Source: Fibrobacteria bacterium
GTDB taxonomy: Bacteria > Fibrobacterota > Fibrobacteria > UBA11236
Assembly: GCA_043745805.1 (NCBI GenBank)
Contig: JAYTSD010000043.1
Coordinates: 96,001-160,000, forward strand
DNA: 64,000 bases
Direction of reading: 5' to 3'
Shown here in pieces: positions 27,749 to 38,022 of the stretch. Each line of letters opens with the position of its first letter. Within the stretch, counting starts at the first letter, position 1. Position numbers and translations under genes: made by a program. The notes under the pieces are model-generated. The model was not told the DNA's origin, ran no database searches, and was given only the letters and a program-made list of their open reading frames with translations.

Positions 27749-28392
27749 TGCATAATTCTGAAGTAGAAGATCAATTAATAGGAATTTCGGAATGGAGAAA
27801 TCAACATTTCTTTGGGAAATACCGTGGTACCGTAGACGCCGTAGAAACGGGCAATGATCTCGGACTCATTTCTGTTAAAGTCCCAGATGTTTTTGGTGCC
27901 GATTTTATAGTGAAAAGAGTGCGGCCTTGTTCCCCTTTTGGAGGCAATAAACATGGCTTTGTCGCTATTCCAGAAGCGGGCGATGGAGTGTGGGTTGAAT
28001 TTGAAGCGGGAAAAACTTCCCTACCTATTTGGACAGGATTTTGGTGGGCGGATAATGAGATACCCGAACCTAAAGGTCCTTTGATACGCAGCTTTATTAC
28101 TACCAAGGGACATAAACTGCTTTTAAATGATGATGCCAATGAAGTGCAATTGCTCCATGCCAGTGGACCTGAAATCACCATGACGGATAGCGATATTACT
28201 ATTCAAATAGGGGATACCAGTATTAAATTGACTACTAGTGATTTAATCTTAAAAGTGGGCGCTTCATCTACTTCACCGCAAATCAAAATTACCGCCAGTG
28301 ACATTACCTTGCAAAGTAGTACAGTAGGTTCTATTAAGCTTACGTCAGGTGGCGTGGATATTGGTAATGGCGCTATGAAAGTAGGAGCCTAA
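27748..28392 (+). CDS. Spike protein (gp5/GpV OB-fold plus short beta-helix)
   Basis: FFGKYRGTV, VPDV and PEAGDGVWVEFEAG...PIWTG motifs; repeated I.(L/I)T.SDI strands; coupled TAATG start. Confidence 0.9.
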   Translation: MHNSEVEDQLIGISEWRNQHFFGKYRGTVDAVETGNDLGLISVKVPDVFGADFIVKRVRPCSPFGGNKHGFVAIPEAGDGVWVEFEAGKTSLPIWTGFWWADNEIPEPKGPLIRSFITTKGHKLLLNDDANEVQLLHASGPEITMTDSDITIQIGDTSIKLTTSDLILKVGASSTSPQIKITASDITLQSSTVGSIKLTSGGVDIGNGAMKVGA

Positions 28393-28728
28393 GTGCCCGG
28401 CTATATTTTAACCACGGCTAGTCAAGTAATGTGTACGCATGGAGGCAATGCGATATTAACGACTTCGAATACACAACTGCAAGTGGATAATGCACTGGCA
28501 TTATTAGAAACCGATGTGAATTCCATTGCCGGATGCCCTTTTACTTTACCCGGCCCAAAGCCATCGCCTTGTATTCGTATTGAATGGACCGCAGGTGCAA
28601 CCCAGTGTAAGAGCAATGGGACAAAGGTTTTAATTCAATCCAGTATGGGAAAATGTATTAGTGCCGAAGGGGCAACACAGGGTATAGCCATAGTGATTCA
28701 AACGCAAATGAAGGTGCAGGGGAATTGA
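28393..28728 (+). CDS. PAAR-like (DUF4280-type) spike tip protein
   Basis: VMCTHGG, IAGCPF, PC..IEW and terminal Q.KV; immediately follows the spike gene (GTG start). Confidence 0.8.
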   Translation: MPGYILTTASQVMCTHGGNAILTTSNTQLQVDNALALLETDVNSIAGCPFTLPGPKPSPCIRIEWTAGATQCKSNGTKVLIQSSMGKCISAEGATQGIAIVIQTQMKVQGN

Positions 28729-28732
28729 TTTT

Positions 28733-29113
28733 ATGAAACTGCAAAATGGTAAACATTTAAAGTTTCCCTTCCATGTAGGCAATGACGGTCGCATGAGCAC
28801 CGTTAAAACCTTGGATGAACATGTACATGATGAGCTTATCCAACTGATTCTCACTAATCAGGGAGAGCGTCCTTTTCTAGTAGACTTTGGCGCGGGTGTG
28901 CGTCGTTTGGTTTTTGAAGCGGCTGATGGAATGACGGGTGCCGTAGCGAAAGCAACGATTACTCAAGCTATTAATCGCTGGCTAGGTCATCGTGCGGTTT
29001 TGGAATTTCTAAATGTGATTGTTGAAAATTCTACCATATCCGTTGATATACGCTATCATTTGGCCGGTACAGCTGATTCGCGCTCACTTCGTTTTCAACA
29101 TGCGGGAGCTTGA
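28733..29113 (+). CDS. gp25/GPW baseplate (sheath-initiator) protein, Afp9-like
   Basis: FPF and ILTNQGERPF..DFGAG..LVFE motifs. Confidence 0.9.
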   Translation: MKLQNGKHLKFPFHVGNDGRMSTVKTLDEHVHDELIQLILTNQGERPFLVDFGAGVRRLVFEAADGMTGAVAKATITQAINRWLGHRAVLEFLNVIVENSTISVDIRYHLAGTADSRSLRFQHAGA

Positions 29114-29121
29114 TTTAGCAA

Positions 29122-31758
29122 ATGTTTAACGAATCCGTAATACCTTTAAGAGAAATGGCTTTGAGTGAGCCTTTGGCGGCACGTGCGCGATTGATGATCG
29201 AGGCCAGCTCATCGAATGCTCCGAATGGTATTAAGCTCATTCGCGTAATATCGGTGAATACGGTAAAGGATGAAGCATGGATAGAACTGCATTTTTTTAA
29301 TCTTAATTATTTATCCGCTATCGTTACAAAATATACAAATGATAAATCCTCGGCCCAAAAAATATTTCCTATTTCGGGTGGTTCAAGAATTCGTGCTGGA
29401 GGAGCTTTAGGGCAGGTTCAGGTGGATAGTTCACTACTTGTGGCATCCCCTTCGATTGCAATGCCTACTGCGACAAAACCCATATTGAAACTTCGCATTC
29501 ATCCTATTGGAGACTATTCAACGTATACCTTAGGGATTAGCGCGCTTCCGATTTCCGGATGGATATTCGATCCCTTATTTTCTGAGATTCGATTAAAGTT
29601 TCGTCCAGGTTGTTTCAATACCAATTGCGCACCCGAATGGGATATGGCCTTACCTCCTTTACCTGAGCCAACCATTGATTATTTAGCCAAGGATTATGGG
29701 TCTTTTCGTCAAACCATGATAACCGCCATGATGGAGCGCGTTCCGGAATGGCAACCCACAAGTGAAGCGGATCTCGATATGGTGCTCGCGGAACTTTTTA
29801 GTGTAGCTGCGGATGAACTTAGTGATTATCAAGATCGAGTGATGAATGAAGCCTATATTGCTTCTGCACGTAAACGTGTTTCCATTGCACGGCATGCACG
29901 CTTAATGGATTATCATATTCATCAAGGCAATCAAGCTTCTACATGGTTGGCCCTCGAAATTGAACATGATGGTATGGGACAAAAAATCTTTCAGCTTGTA
30001 CAAGGGCTCAAGGTATGGGCAGGCGAAAGTAATAGTGAGTCGGATAAAGAAGTAATTGATAGTTCCGTGGTTTTTATGTCGCGCCATGAAACCCAAACGG
30101 TACATCAGTATTTAAATAATATGGGGCTTTATACTTGGAGTGATACCATTACTTCGCTTAAGGCAGGATGCACTCGCGCAGATATAAAACTTTATGATAA
30201 ACTTTATTTGCATAGTCCTGATGCACCCATTGAAATCATCACCAAAGCTGCCGCCAAAGAAATACAAGATTTAATACGTCATGGAAATATTAAGCACTTT
30301 GTCATTGAGGAACATTTAAATCCCGAGACGGGATTGTTGGCCGGACGCGATCCTTCAAAAAGACAATTACTAAAACTGATTTCTGGAGAGGATACAAATC
30401 AATCCGCTTTGGCCATGGAAGATCCTATTACCGGTGAATGGTTTGTGCGCATACATTGGGAAAAAGCGGATGCCTTACATCGCGATTATTGTTTTAAAGT
30501 CCACTGTCCTTCGGGAAATTCCGGCACAGGTATCGGTGCAGTTAATAATATTTCTCTCTTTCATGGAAATTTGATTGAAATATTTCACGGCCGAGAAAAG
30601 ACTGTTCTTTTCAAGGATGAAAATGTTTTATTAGGCAATGATCCCAATAAATCTTATGAGTTTCATTATGAGCGAACACGCTGGGGAGCGCTTTGCCATA
30701 TACCGGATACTTTTTTGGCCTATCGTAATACAGATCCTGGCGGTGACGTAGCACCACTGTCAACAATTAACTTAACGGTTGAATTTCTCTCGGGGCCATC
30801 CGATCCATGGAATGAGGTTCCAAGCCTTATTCATAGTGACAATTCGGGTGAAGGTGGCGACCATTTTGTGGTAGAAACCGATGAAAATCATAAAAGCCTT
30901 ATTCGTTTTGGTAATAATAAAAATGGCATGGAATTGCCCGATGAGGCGACGGTTACCGTGACCTATCAATATGGCGATCCTCGTGAAGGCAATATTGGCG
31001 CGGATCGAATTATGTACTTCGATATTTCGACTGTGAAGATTGATCCTGCGACTCCAACATTTCTTTTGCATAGTTGTTGGAATCCATTCGATGTGGTTAA
31101 TGGACGTGATCGAGAGCCTTTAGCGGAAATTATTCGTCGCGTGCCCGAGGCTTATCGCCAAAGACAACTGCGCGCAGTGACGCTAAACGATTATATTGCT
31201 CGGGCCGAAGAAATTGAAGGCGTTTCTCGCGCAGTGGCAAAATATGCGTGGACAGGAAGCTGGCGTACCGTGCAAGTTACCATCGATCCAATAGGAACGA
31301 ATGAACTTTCGGAACCCCTGAGAAAGCAAATAGAGTCATATTTAAACGCGGTGCGTTTAATTGGTGAAGATCTCGAAGTGCGTCCGCCGAAATTTGTTCC
31401 CTTAGAAATTCAAGTCCATCTTTGCGCCAAGCCCGACGTTTGGATAGAAGATATTCGTTTTGTTTTGGAGCAAGAGTTTTCAGTAGGCTGGACGCCGGAT
31501 GGCCGCATGGGATTTTTTCATCCTGATTTATGGACATTTGGCCAATCTCTTCATGCCAGTCAAATTATGGGCCGCGCTTTTACTGTTCAGGGAGTAGAAC
31601 ATATTATTAGTGTTTCTATTAAACGTTGGAATTCCCCCTTTCCTCCTGTCGAATCGCTAACTCAGGTGGATTTCAATGAGATTATTCAAGTACAAAATGA
31701 TTCCGATCATATGGAATTAGGTACGATTACCTTTGCTATCAAAGGAGGTCGTCAATGA
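29122..31758 (+). CDS. Baseplate J-like wedge protein 1 (Afp11-like)
   Basis: IDYLAKDYGSFRQ, DELSDYQDRVMNEAY, ARLMDY, IRFGN..NG, RAVTLNDY and WTGSWRTV. Confidence 0.9.
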   Translation: MFNESVIPLREMALSEPLAARARLMIEASSSNAPNGIKLIRVISVNTVKDEAWIELHFFNLNYLSAIVTKYTNDKSSAQKIFPISGGSRIRAGGALGQVQVDSSLLVASPSIAMPTATKPILKLRIHPIGDYSTYTLGISALPISGWIFDPLFSEIRLKFRPGCFNTNCAPEWDMALPPLPEPTIDYLAKDYGSFRQTMITAMMERVPEWQPTSEADLDMVLAELFSVAADELSDYQDRVMNEAYIASARKRVSIARHARLMDYHIHQGNQASTWLALEIEHDGMGQKIFQLVQGLKVWAGESNSESDKEVIDSSVVFMSRHETQTVHQYLNNMGLYTWSDTITSLKAGCTRADIKLYDKLYLHSPDAPIEIITKAAAKEIQDLIRHGNIKHFVIEEHLNPETGLLAGRDPSKRQLLKLISGEDTNQSALAMEDPITGEWFVRIHWEKADALHRDYCFKVHCPSGNSGTGIGAVNNISLFHGNLIEIFHGREKTVLFKDENVLLGNDPNKSYEFHYERTRWGALCHIPDTFLAYRNTDPGGDVAPLSTINLTVEFLSGPSDPWNEVPSLIHSDNSGEGGDHFVVETDENHKSLIRFGNNKNGMELPDEATVTVTYQYGDPREGNIGADRIMYFDISTVKIDPATPTFLLHSCWNPFDVVNGRDREPLAEIIRRVPEAYRQRQLRAVTLNDYIARAEEIEGVSRAVAKYAWTGSWRTVQVTIDPIGTNELSEPLRKQIESYLNAVRLIGEDLEVRPPKFVPLEIQVHLCAKPDVWIEDIRFVLEQEFSVGWTPDGRMGFFHPDLWTFGQSLHASQIMGRAFTVQGVEHIISVSIKRWNSPFPPVESLTQVDFNEIIQVQNDSDHMELGTITFAIKGGRQ

Positions 31759-34700
31759 GCGAAGACTCTTGTGAAAATGGTTGCGTATTACCACTGTACT
31801 TTCCTCGCCGTCCAGGTGAGAATCCACCGACTCTGCATGCTAAGGATTGTCCCTGTTGCAGCCCCGAAAATCAAATCGGATCCGACATTAGCTCGGACAA
31901 TAGACCTGCATTATCGCATTTCAACTATCGAATTGGTTCTTATGGAACCATACGTGAATGGTTATTTCATCAAATAAATCAAACTCCTAATCTCAAGAAT
32001 TGGACGCATCGCGCTTCGGATGATCCGGCCATTGCTTTGTTGGAAGGCGCCTCCATTCTTGGAGATATTCTCACTTTTTATCAGGAAACTTATGCCAATG
32101 AAGCTTTTTTAAGAACAGCAAAGTGGCGGGAGAGTATTTCCGATTTGGTGCGCTTATTGGGTTATAGACTTTCGCCGGCCATTGGCGGCAATGCAACCTT
32201 TGCTTTTGAAATTAAGAAACCGGAACCTGTTGTCATCCCGAAAGGATTCCCTCTCAAAGCGACTTTAAAAGAAATTGCTCAACCTTCCATTTTTGAAACC
32301 AAAGAAGAAGTTAAAGCCTATCCTTGGCTGAATCGCTTCAATTTATTTAAGCCCTTGGATGAGGGTGATATTAGCCCTGCTACGACTGAGTTTTATATTA
32401 CTTATCCCGAACAACTTTTAATGCCCATTGATCTTAAAGTAGGTGATCGGTTACTGGTTGGGGATCCCGATATTTCGGCTATTTTTGGAGCAAGTGTTTT
32501 TTCGAATGCGGAAATAGTAATTGTCGATTCCATCACGGAATTACATGGACTTAAGACTTATAAAATCAAGGGTAACCTAAAGCGTACTTCAAATATAGGC
32601 GCATTTTATGCCTTTCGTTTAGGACGAACCTTTCATCATTTTGGACATAATGGTCCCTTACAAATAGTTGATAAATCAAAACCGATTAAATCCACTTCTA
32701 AATCTACTTCTGAAACGAATTCAGCTCCGGCAAAAATGGAATCTTCTTCAAAGGTTCCTTATTTAAATGTCCCGTTTACTCGTCCGATTAAAACCGATTC
32801 AGGCATTTTTTCAAATTCGGTTATAAGTCCATCGATAGGTGATGATGAATTTCCTTTAGACTCGGAAGTACAAGATATCCCCAGCAATGCAGCCGTAATT
32901 ATTCAGACACGTATTGCCTATCCGGGTGAAACGGATATTGCAAAATATACGGACTTTCAAACCTTAATTCGTTCCATTAAAAGAATTGATTCTACTACTA
33001 TGACTTGGGGTGGAATTTCAAGAACAGTCAGTAAGCTTAAAGTATCAGGTCCGGTTTCGGACTCTATTGGAATCGGTGATATAAATTTAATTAATGCCGC
33101 AATAAATACTGCGAACGTAGCAAATACTAATTCCAATAATGCCAGCTATGCAGCTATCCAAGCCCGAGACATTGCGAAAAATGCTAAAGCCGCTGCCGCT
33201 GCTGCGGCAATTGATGCTACTGATGCCGATAATGAGGTGATTTCAAAAAAGGCTGAATTTGCCACTGCTGAATCTAAAGCCGCGACATTAGCCGTTGCTG
33301 CTGCGGTTGCAGGCACTGCTCTAAAAGATAATACTACTGATTTACGAGCGCGGGATGCTGTTTTAAAAGCGCAGGATGCCGTTAATGCTATCAACACAGC
33401 TCAAGGCTCAACTAATATTGCATCTTTATCTGCCTCTTCATCAAAACAATATTGGGATTCGCTTACTACTCCTGGTGCCGTGGCTGGTCAAATAGGGCTT
33501 TCATTACTTATTCCGTGTGGACCATTTGCCGCTGGGTTCGCATTAACGGTTGCTGGAAAAGCCAAAAATCTAGCAATAATCGTTTCTCAAAACGTAACTA
33601 CGGCAAAAGGAAAAGTTGACCTTGCTAAATCAGCAGCAGATGATTCAAAAAGAGCAGTCGACGCTGTTGCTGCTGCCGCAGCTGCAGACGTCGATGCCAA
33701 AGCACGTTATGATAAAGCCAAGGATGTTGCGGATAAAGCCGAAATTGCAGTTACTACTGCAAAAAATGATGTTACTACATCACAAACAAAAGCAGATACC
33801 GCTCATGCAAAAGCAATTCAACTTGCTCAGGATGTTGAAGGTGCAGAAGTACTTGCAGAGATGGCGGAAGACTTGGCTGAAATTACGGCCGAAATCGCAG
33901 CTCTCAAAGAAGCGATTAAGGTAACGCGCTTGTATATTGGTGATGCACTTCTGCATGAAGTAACAAGCCCCTTATTCACATTAAAGCGAGCAAAAAAAGA
34001 AACCTCTTTAATATCGTTTAATACACTCAATTTTTATGGCACGGTAGAGGAAGTAAATTCCCTCAAAGGCCGAAGAATACTTTTGGAAAAAAAGGACCAA
34101 GCTCCTAAGGTATTGAATGTAGCGGAAGTAAATTCACTTTCGGCTAATGGAACAGAAATGCTCTCGCAACTTCATGAAATTGAACTTTCAGAGTCTGTGA
34201 CCTATAGCGATTTTCCCAATATAAATCCAATAGTTACGGTTTTTGGTAATCTGGTTGAGGCTAATGAAGGCAAAACCGTTCCCGAAGTAGTTCTGGGTAA
34301 CGGTGATGCTACTCTAGTATTTCAGAACTTTAAACTTCCTAAAACACCGTTGACTTATCACTTAAGACCTGACAACACACCTACTGAAACGCCGGAAGCG
34401 CAAATCTATGTAGATGGGCGCATGTGGGTAAAAGTGGACAGCTTTTTTGGACGAAGCGCTAAGGAACAAATTTATATCATTCGTGAAGATGCTGAAGGCA
34501 ATAGCTGGGTGCAATTTGGCGATGGTAAAACAGGTGCAAGATTGAGTTACGGTAATAGTAATGTTACGGCCATTTATCGCCTCGGGGCAGGATCTTTTGG
34601 ACCTTTAAAAGAGGATACCAAGATTCAGGCTTTAGCTAAGCTCAAGAATCTGGATAAAATTCAGATGTTAGATGTCGTCTCGGGTGGTGTTGCGCCGGAG

Positions 34701-35357
34701 GACGGTGAAAATGCGCGTTATGCAGCCCCAGCAAAGGTGCAAAGTCTTGGACGCATAGTCAGTATTAAAGATTTTGAAGCCGAGGCGGCTGCTATTCCAG
34801 GTGTGGATAGAGTCTCCGCAGCATGGCAATTGGTAGAAAATATTCCTGCCGTAGTGATAACGGTTTTGATGGCAACTGGACGCCATGCCGAATTTGAGTC
34901 TGTCCGTAATACGCTGATTACTTTTAATTCGCTTCGCGGTGCAGGACGAACTTCTATTATCGTTGCAGAAGGAAAACGAATGTATGTTACCGCTTCACTT
35001 CAATATATGCTGCAATCGGGATATAGAGCGGACTTAGTGGAGCCAGAAATTCGGCGCGCCTTAGGGGTAAATTTTGCGCGGACAATGGGGAAAGAGGATC
35101 AAACGGGAATTTTTAGTTTGCAGCAAAGGAATTTTGGCGCGCGAGAATATGCTTCCTCTCTCGAAGGAATGATGCAAAATATTGCGGGTGTATTATGGGC
35201 GGAGAGCAAAGCCTTTACCGAGCTCATGGAAAGTGACAGTCCTGAAGAAATAATGTTACCCATAAATTCGGAACTAAAACCCATTGTGCCTTGTAATTCC
35301 AAAAATATTCTTAGTCTCTATGACAAACATTTATTCTTAACAGCAGTAAGCGCATAG
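31755..35357 (+). CDS. Baseplate J-like wedge protein 2 with a large Ala-rich helical insertion
   Basis: NRPAL..F.YRIG, DDPAIALL, DILTFYQE..ANE.FLRTA, VQFGDGKTGARL and GRIVSIKDFE; residues ~443-722 form an Ala-rich heptad segment. Confidence 0.9.
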   Translation: MSEDSCENGCVLPLYFPRRPGENPPTLHAKDCPCCSPENQIGSDISSDNRPALSHFNYRIGSYGTIREWLFHQINQTPNLKNWTHRASDDPAIALLEGASILGDILTFYQETYANEAFLRTAKWRESISDLVRLLGYRLSPAIGGNATFAFEIKKPEPVVIPKGFPLKATLKEIAQPSIFETKEEVKAYPWLNRFNLFKPLDEGDISPATTEFYITYPEQLLMPIDLKVGDRLLVGDPDISAIFGASVFSNAEIVIVDSITELHGLKTYKIKGNLKRTSNIGAFYAFRLGRTFHHFGHNGPLQIVDKSKPIKSTSKSTSETNSAPAKMESSSKVPYLNVPFTRPIKTDSGIFSNSVISPSIGDDEFPLDSEVQDIPSNAAVIIQTRIAYPGETDIAKYTDFQTLIRSIKRIDSTTMTWGGISRTVSKLKVSGPVSDSIGIGDINLINAAINTANVANTNSNNASYAAIQARDIAKNAKAAAAAAAIDATDADNEVISKKAEFATAESKAATLAVAAAVAGTALKDNTTDLRARDAVLKAQDAVNAINTAQGSTNIASLSASSSKQYWDSLTTPGAVAGQIGLSLLIPCGPFAAGFALTVAGKAKNLAIIVSQNVTTAKGKVDLAKSAADDSKRAVDAVAAAAAADVDAKARYDKAKDVADKAEIAVTTAKNDVTTSQTKADTAHAKAIQLAQDVEGAEVLAEMAEDLAEITAEIAALKEAIKVTRLYIGDALLHEVTSPLFTLKRAKKETSLISFNTLNFYGTVEEVNSLKGRRILLEKKDQAPKVLNVAEVNSLSANGTEMLSQLHEIELSESVTYSDFPNINPIVTVFGNLVEANEGKTVPEVVLGNGDATLVFQNFKLPKTPLTYHLRPDNTPTETPEAQIYVDGRMWVKVDSFFGRSAKEQIYIIREDAEGNSWVQFGDGKTGARLSYGNSNVTAIYRLGAGSFGPLKEDTKIQALAKLKNLDKIQMLDVVSGGVAPEDGENARYAAPAKVQSLGRIVSIKDFEAEAAAIPGVDRVSAAWQLVENIPAVVITVLMATGRHAEFESVRNTLITFNSLRGAGRTSIIVAEGKRMYVTASLQYMLQSGYRADLVEPEIRRALGVNFARTMGKEDQTGIFSLQQRNFGAREYASSLEGMMQNIAGVLWAESKAFTELMESDSPEEIMLPINSELKPIVPCNSKNILSLYDKHLFLTAVSA

Positions 35358-35361
35358 GGTA

Positions 35362-38010
35362 ATGGATATGACAAAGCATAAACGCGTAGAACTTTATCGT
35401 CGCCTTCCGGAAATTTACCGAATTAAAGATGAAGGTTTACCCGAAAATTTTCTTTATGCAGGAGAGCCGGTTGAAGCTTTTCAATTGCGCAGCTATCTCG
35501 CACCTGTCGAAGATATGTTTTCGGCTATTCATGAAAATATTGAATCGCTCTATCATGATTTAAGCATCGAAACCTGTGATGATTGGGTGATTCCTTATAT
35601 TGCCGACCTTTTAGGTGCTAGTCATTTATCGGGAGACCCATGGACATTGCGTGCCGATGTCGCGGATACCATTGCTCTTCGCCGTCGCAAGGGTACTCTG
35701 GGTGCTATCGAATTATTGGCTTTTATTTTGACGAAATGGGGTGTGCATTCCGTTGAGTTAATGGAAAACTTAATTTGGAATCAATCTCTCAATCATCAGC
35801 GCCCTGATGAAGGCGGAACACCGCCTTATAGTTTACCGAAGTATTTGCGTACCGCACCGATTCGTGGGGGCACGGTTAATTTACGCGATCCATCTTTATT
35901 AGCGCAATTGAATACACCCTTTGATCCTTTTGCGCATGTGGTGGATGTGCAACCGCATGCAACAGGACAGGTTCGCTACAACCTTCCCAATCTGGCAATT
36001 TATTTTTGGCGCTTAAAAAGTTATCGCCTAAATGCTATAAAGCCACTCACGCGAATAGTAACACCGGTATCAGGTGCAGCACGTGTAGTACGTGTTAACA
36101 TAGATCCTATGCCAATTAATAATCTTTCGTTCCCCTATGTTAAACCTGCCAATACACCAGCAGGAAGACCCATAACGCTTTTCAACAATAGTCGCCTAGA
36201 TTTATTTAATCAACGTCGTACGGGAACCGATAAATTGAATCTTGCTGCTATTGCACCGCGCATTTCTTCGGTCGATCAGGTTGCTGGTCCCATTCCAGTT
36301 GAGCGCTTATCCGATTTCGATATTGCCCAAGCTTACGATGACTCATTAGCTTCAGCAATGCCACAAAGCTTATCCGTGTTTACTGAAGCATCTTTTACCG
36401 CACCTCAGGAATATATCTCTATTGCAAGTTATGATGAAACAAAACCGCTACTTAATACCTTAAATATTTCTGATCAAGGATTACAGTTACATATTCCCCA
36501 TTTAACTTTTCCGAATCAAGGTTGGCCACATACCACTCTCCCTCGTAATTGGACTATACGAGGAGAAAATTTATGCGCTTGGGAAAAAGGATTACAGCCA
36601 CCCTTAAAAGATCGTGAAATTGCTATTGATCCGCTTCGTGGCCGTATTTGCATGGGCGTATCAACTGATACACAAGCCAACGCTTTGCTTAATGATTTGT
36701 TGCTCACCTTTTCTTATGGAGCGGTGGGCGAGGTGGGCGCGCATCCTATTGAGTATCCAGAGTTACCCCATGATTTTAATCATAAGTTGAATCCCTCTGT
36801 AATTTATAAGTCCGTGAATTTTCGTCAAGGGCCGAGTTTACAAAAGGCTTTAGAGGAAGCACTTAAAGAAGCTCAGCAAAAAGTGAATATCGATCCGATG
36901 AGTCTAGGCAATGTACCTATTGTCATAGAAATTACCGATAACTTTACCCATAGCCTAAATATTTCTGCCATTCCCGTACTTGATCTTACAACTATTATTG
37001 AAGCGGGAATGACCAGCATTAAACTTAATGCGTCGCTAATCATTCGTTCAGCAGATGGGCAAAGGCCCATTATCGAACTTGGCCAGCCGCTTGCATTTCG
37101 TCCGGCACAAGTTCTTGGGGCTAATACAACCCAGCAATTGCAATTTGATGCGGTGATGGACGCATTGTTCGTAAGACTCGAAGGATTATATATTGCGCGT
37201 GGATTGAAATATGCGGCAGGACTTCCACTTTTAGCGCGTGCTGCACTTAATAAGTTGGAAATTTTAAACTGTACGCTTGATCCTGGTGGCTTCAGTCGCC
37301 TTGATAAATCGCGTGCTCCGCTATTATCGGGGATAAGAATATTTGCAAACTATGGTTTTGATACCCTTAATGAAAAACTCAAATTTAAGCAGGTGCCAGA
37401 AATTATTATTCAGCGTTCCATTTGCGGTGCAATTTTTACGGATGAGGGATATCGACTTTGCCTAAGCGATTCGATTATCGAATCTATTCCCATAGAAGTT
37501 ACCCTTAGTGGAGGTAGCAAACGAATGGAGTCCTTTGCTATTGCAGGTGCAGCCAATATTGTGAAGGAATATGCTGGAGAAATTATTATTAATTGTGTAA
37601 CTATTTTGGGTCGAGTGCGCGCTTCCAATATTAAAGGCTACGGTGGAATTTTTAAAAATGTACTCGAAGTTTTTGATGAGCAAAGTGGCTGCTTAAAATA
37701 TAGCTACTTCGCGGATGATTCGAAAAGTCCTGCATCACCCGATGAAATTAAAAATCGATTACCACAACATTTTGCTTGCGTTATGGGTAAAGATGCGAAA
37801 TTAATATTTACGAGTGAAATTTTTGGTGAAGCCGCCTATTGTCAACTTTCGCTTGAATGTGATACACGCATTTTAGAAGAAGGCGTGGGCAATGATCAAA
37901 TGGGAGCTTTTAATTTTCAATTAGAAGCCCATAAATGGCGCAATTTAAAAATCAGATTTCGAGAATTTATGCCGGTTGGAATCAGACCGCTTTTGATTCC
38001 AATTAATTAG
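35362..38010 (+). CDS. Baseplate wedge / tail protein I-like (Afp12-like) with C-terminal beta-solenoid region
   Basis: LYRRLPEIYR, IETCDDWVIPYIADLLG, RADVADTIALRRRKGT, IDPLRGR and MGAF...RFREFMPVG. Confidence 0.85.
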   Translation: MDMTKHKRVELYRRLPEIYRIKDEGLPENFLYAGEPVEAFQLRSYLAPVEDMFSAIHENIESLYHDLSIETCDDWVIPYIADLLGASHLSGDPWTLRADVADTIALRRRKGTLGAIELLAFILTKWGVHSVELMENLIWNQSLNHQRPDEGGTPPYSLPKYLRTAPIRGGTVNLRDPSLLAQLNTPFDPFAHVVDVQPHATGQVRYNLPNLAIYFWRLKSYRLNAIKPLTRIVTPVSGAARVVRVNIDPMPINNLSFPYVKPANTPAGRPITLFNNSRLDLFNQRRTGTDKLNLAAIAPRISSVDQVAGPIPVERLSDFDIAQAYDDSLASAMPQSLSVFTEASFTAPQEYISIASYDETKPLLNTLNISDQGLQLHIPHLTFPNQGWPHTTLPRNWTIRGENLCAWEKGLQPPLKDREIAIDPLRGRICMGVSTDTQANALLNDLLLTFSYGAVGEVGAHPIEYPELPHDFNHKLNPSVIYKSVNFRQGPSLQKALEEALKEAQQKVNIDPMSLGNVPIVIEITDNFTHSLNISAIPVLDLTTIIEAGMTSIKLNASLIIRSADGQRPIIELGQPLAFRPAQVLGANTTQQLQFDAVMDALFVRLEGLYIARGLKYAAGLPLLARAALNKLEILNCTLDPGGFSRLDKSRAPLLSGIRIFANYGFDTLNEKLKFKQVPEIIIQRSICGAIFTDEGYRLCLSDSIIESIPIEVTLSGGSKRMESFAIAGAANIVKEYAGEIIINCVTILGRVRASNIKGYGGIFKNVLEVFDEQSGCLKYSYFADDSKSPASPDEIKNRLPQHFACVMGKDAKLIFTSEIFGEAAYCQLSLECDTRILEEGVGNDQMGAFNFQLEAHKWRNLKIRFREFMPVGIRPLLIPIN

Positions 38011-38022
38011 AAAGAGGATAAG

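Noticed and set aside
33146..33924. Alternative-frame and antisense ORFs over the Ala-rich baseplate insert
   Set aside because: Expected shadows of GCN-rich codons. The main frame is continuous and retains baseplate motifs on both sides.
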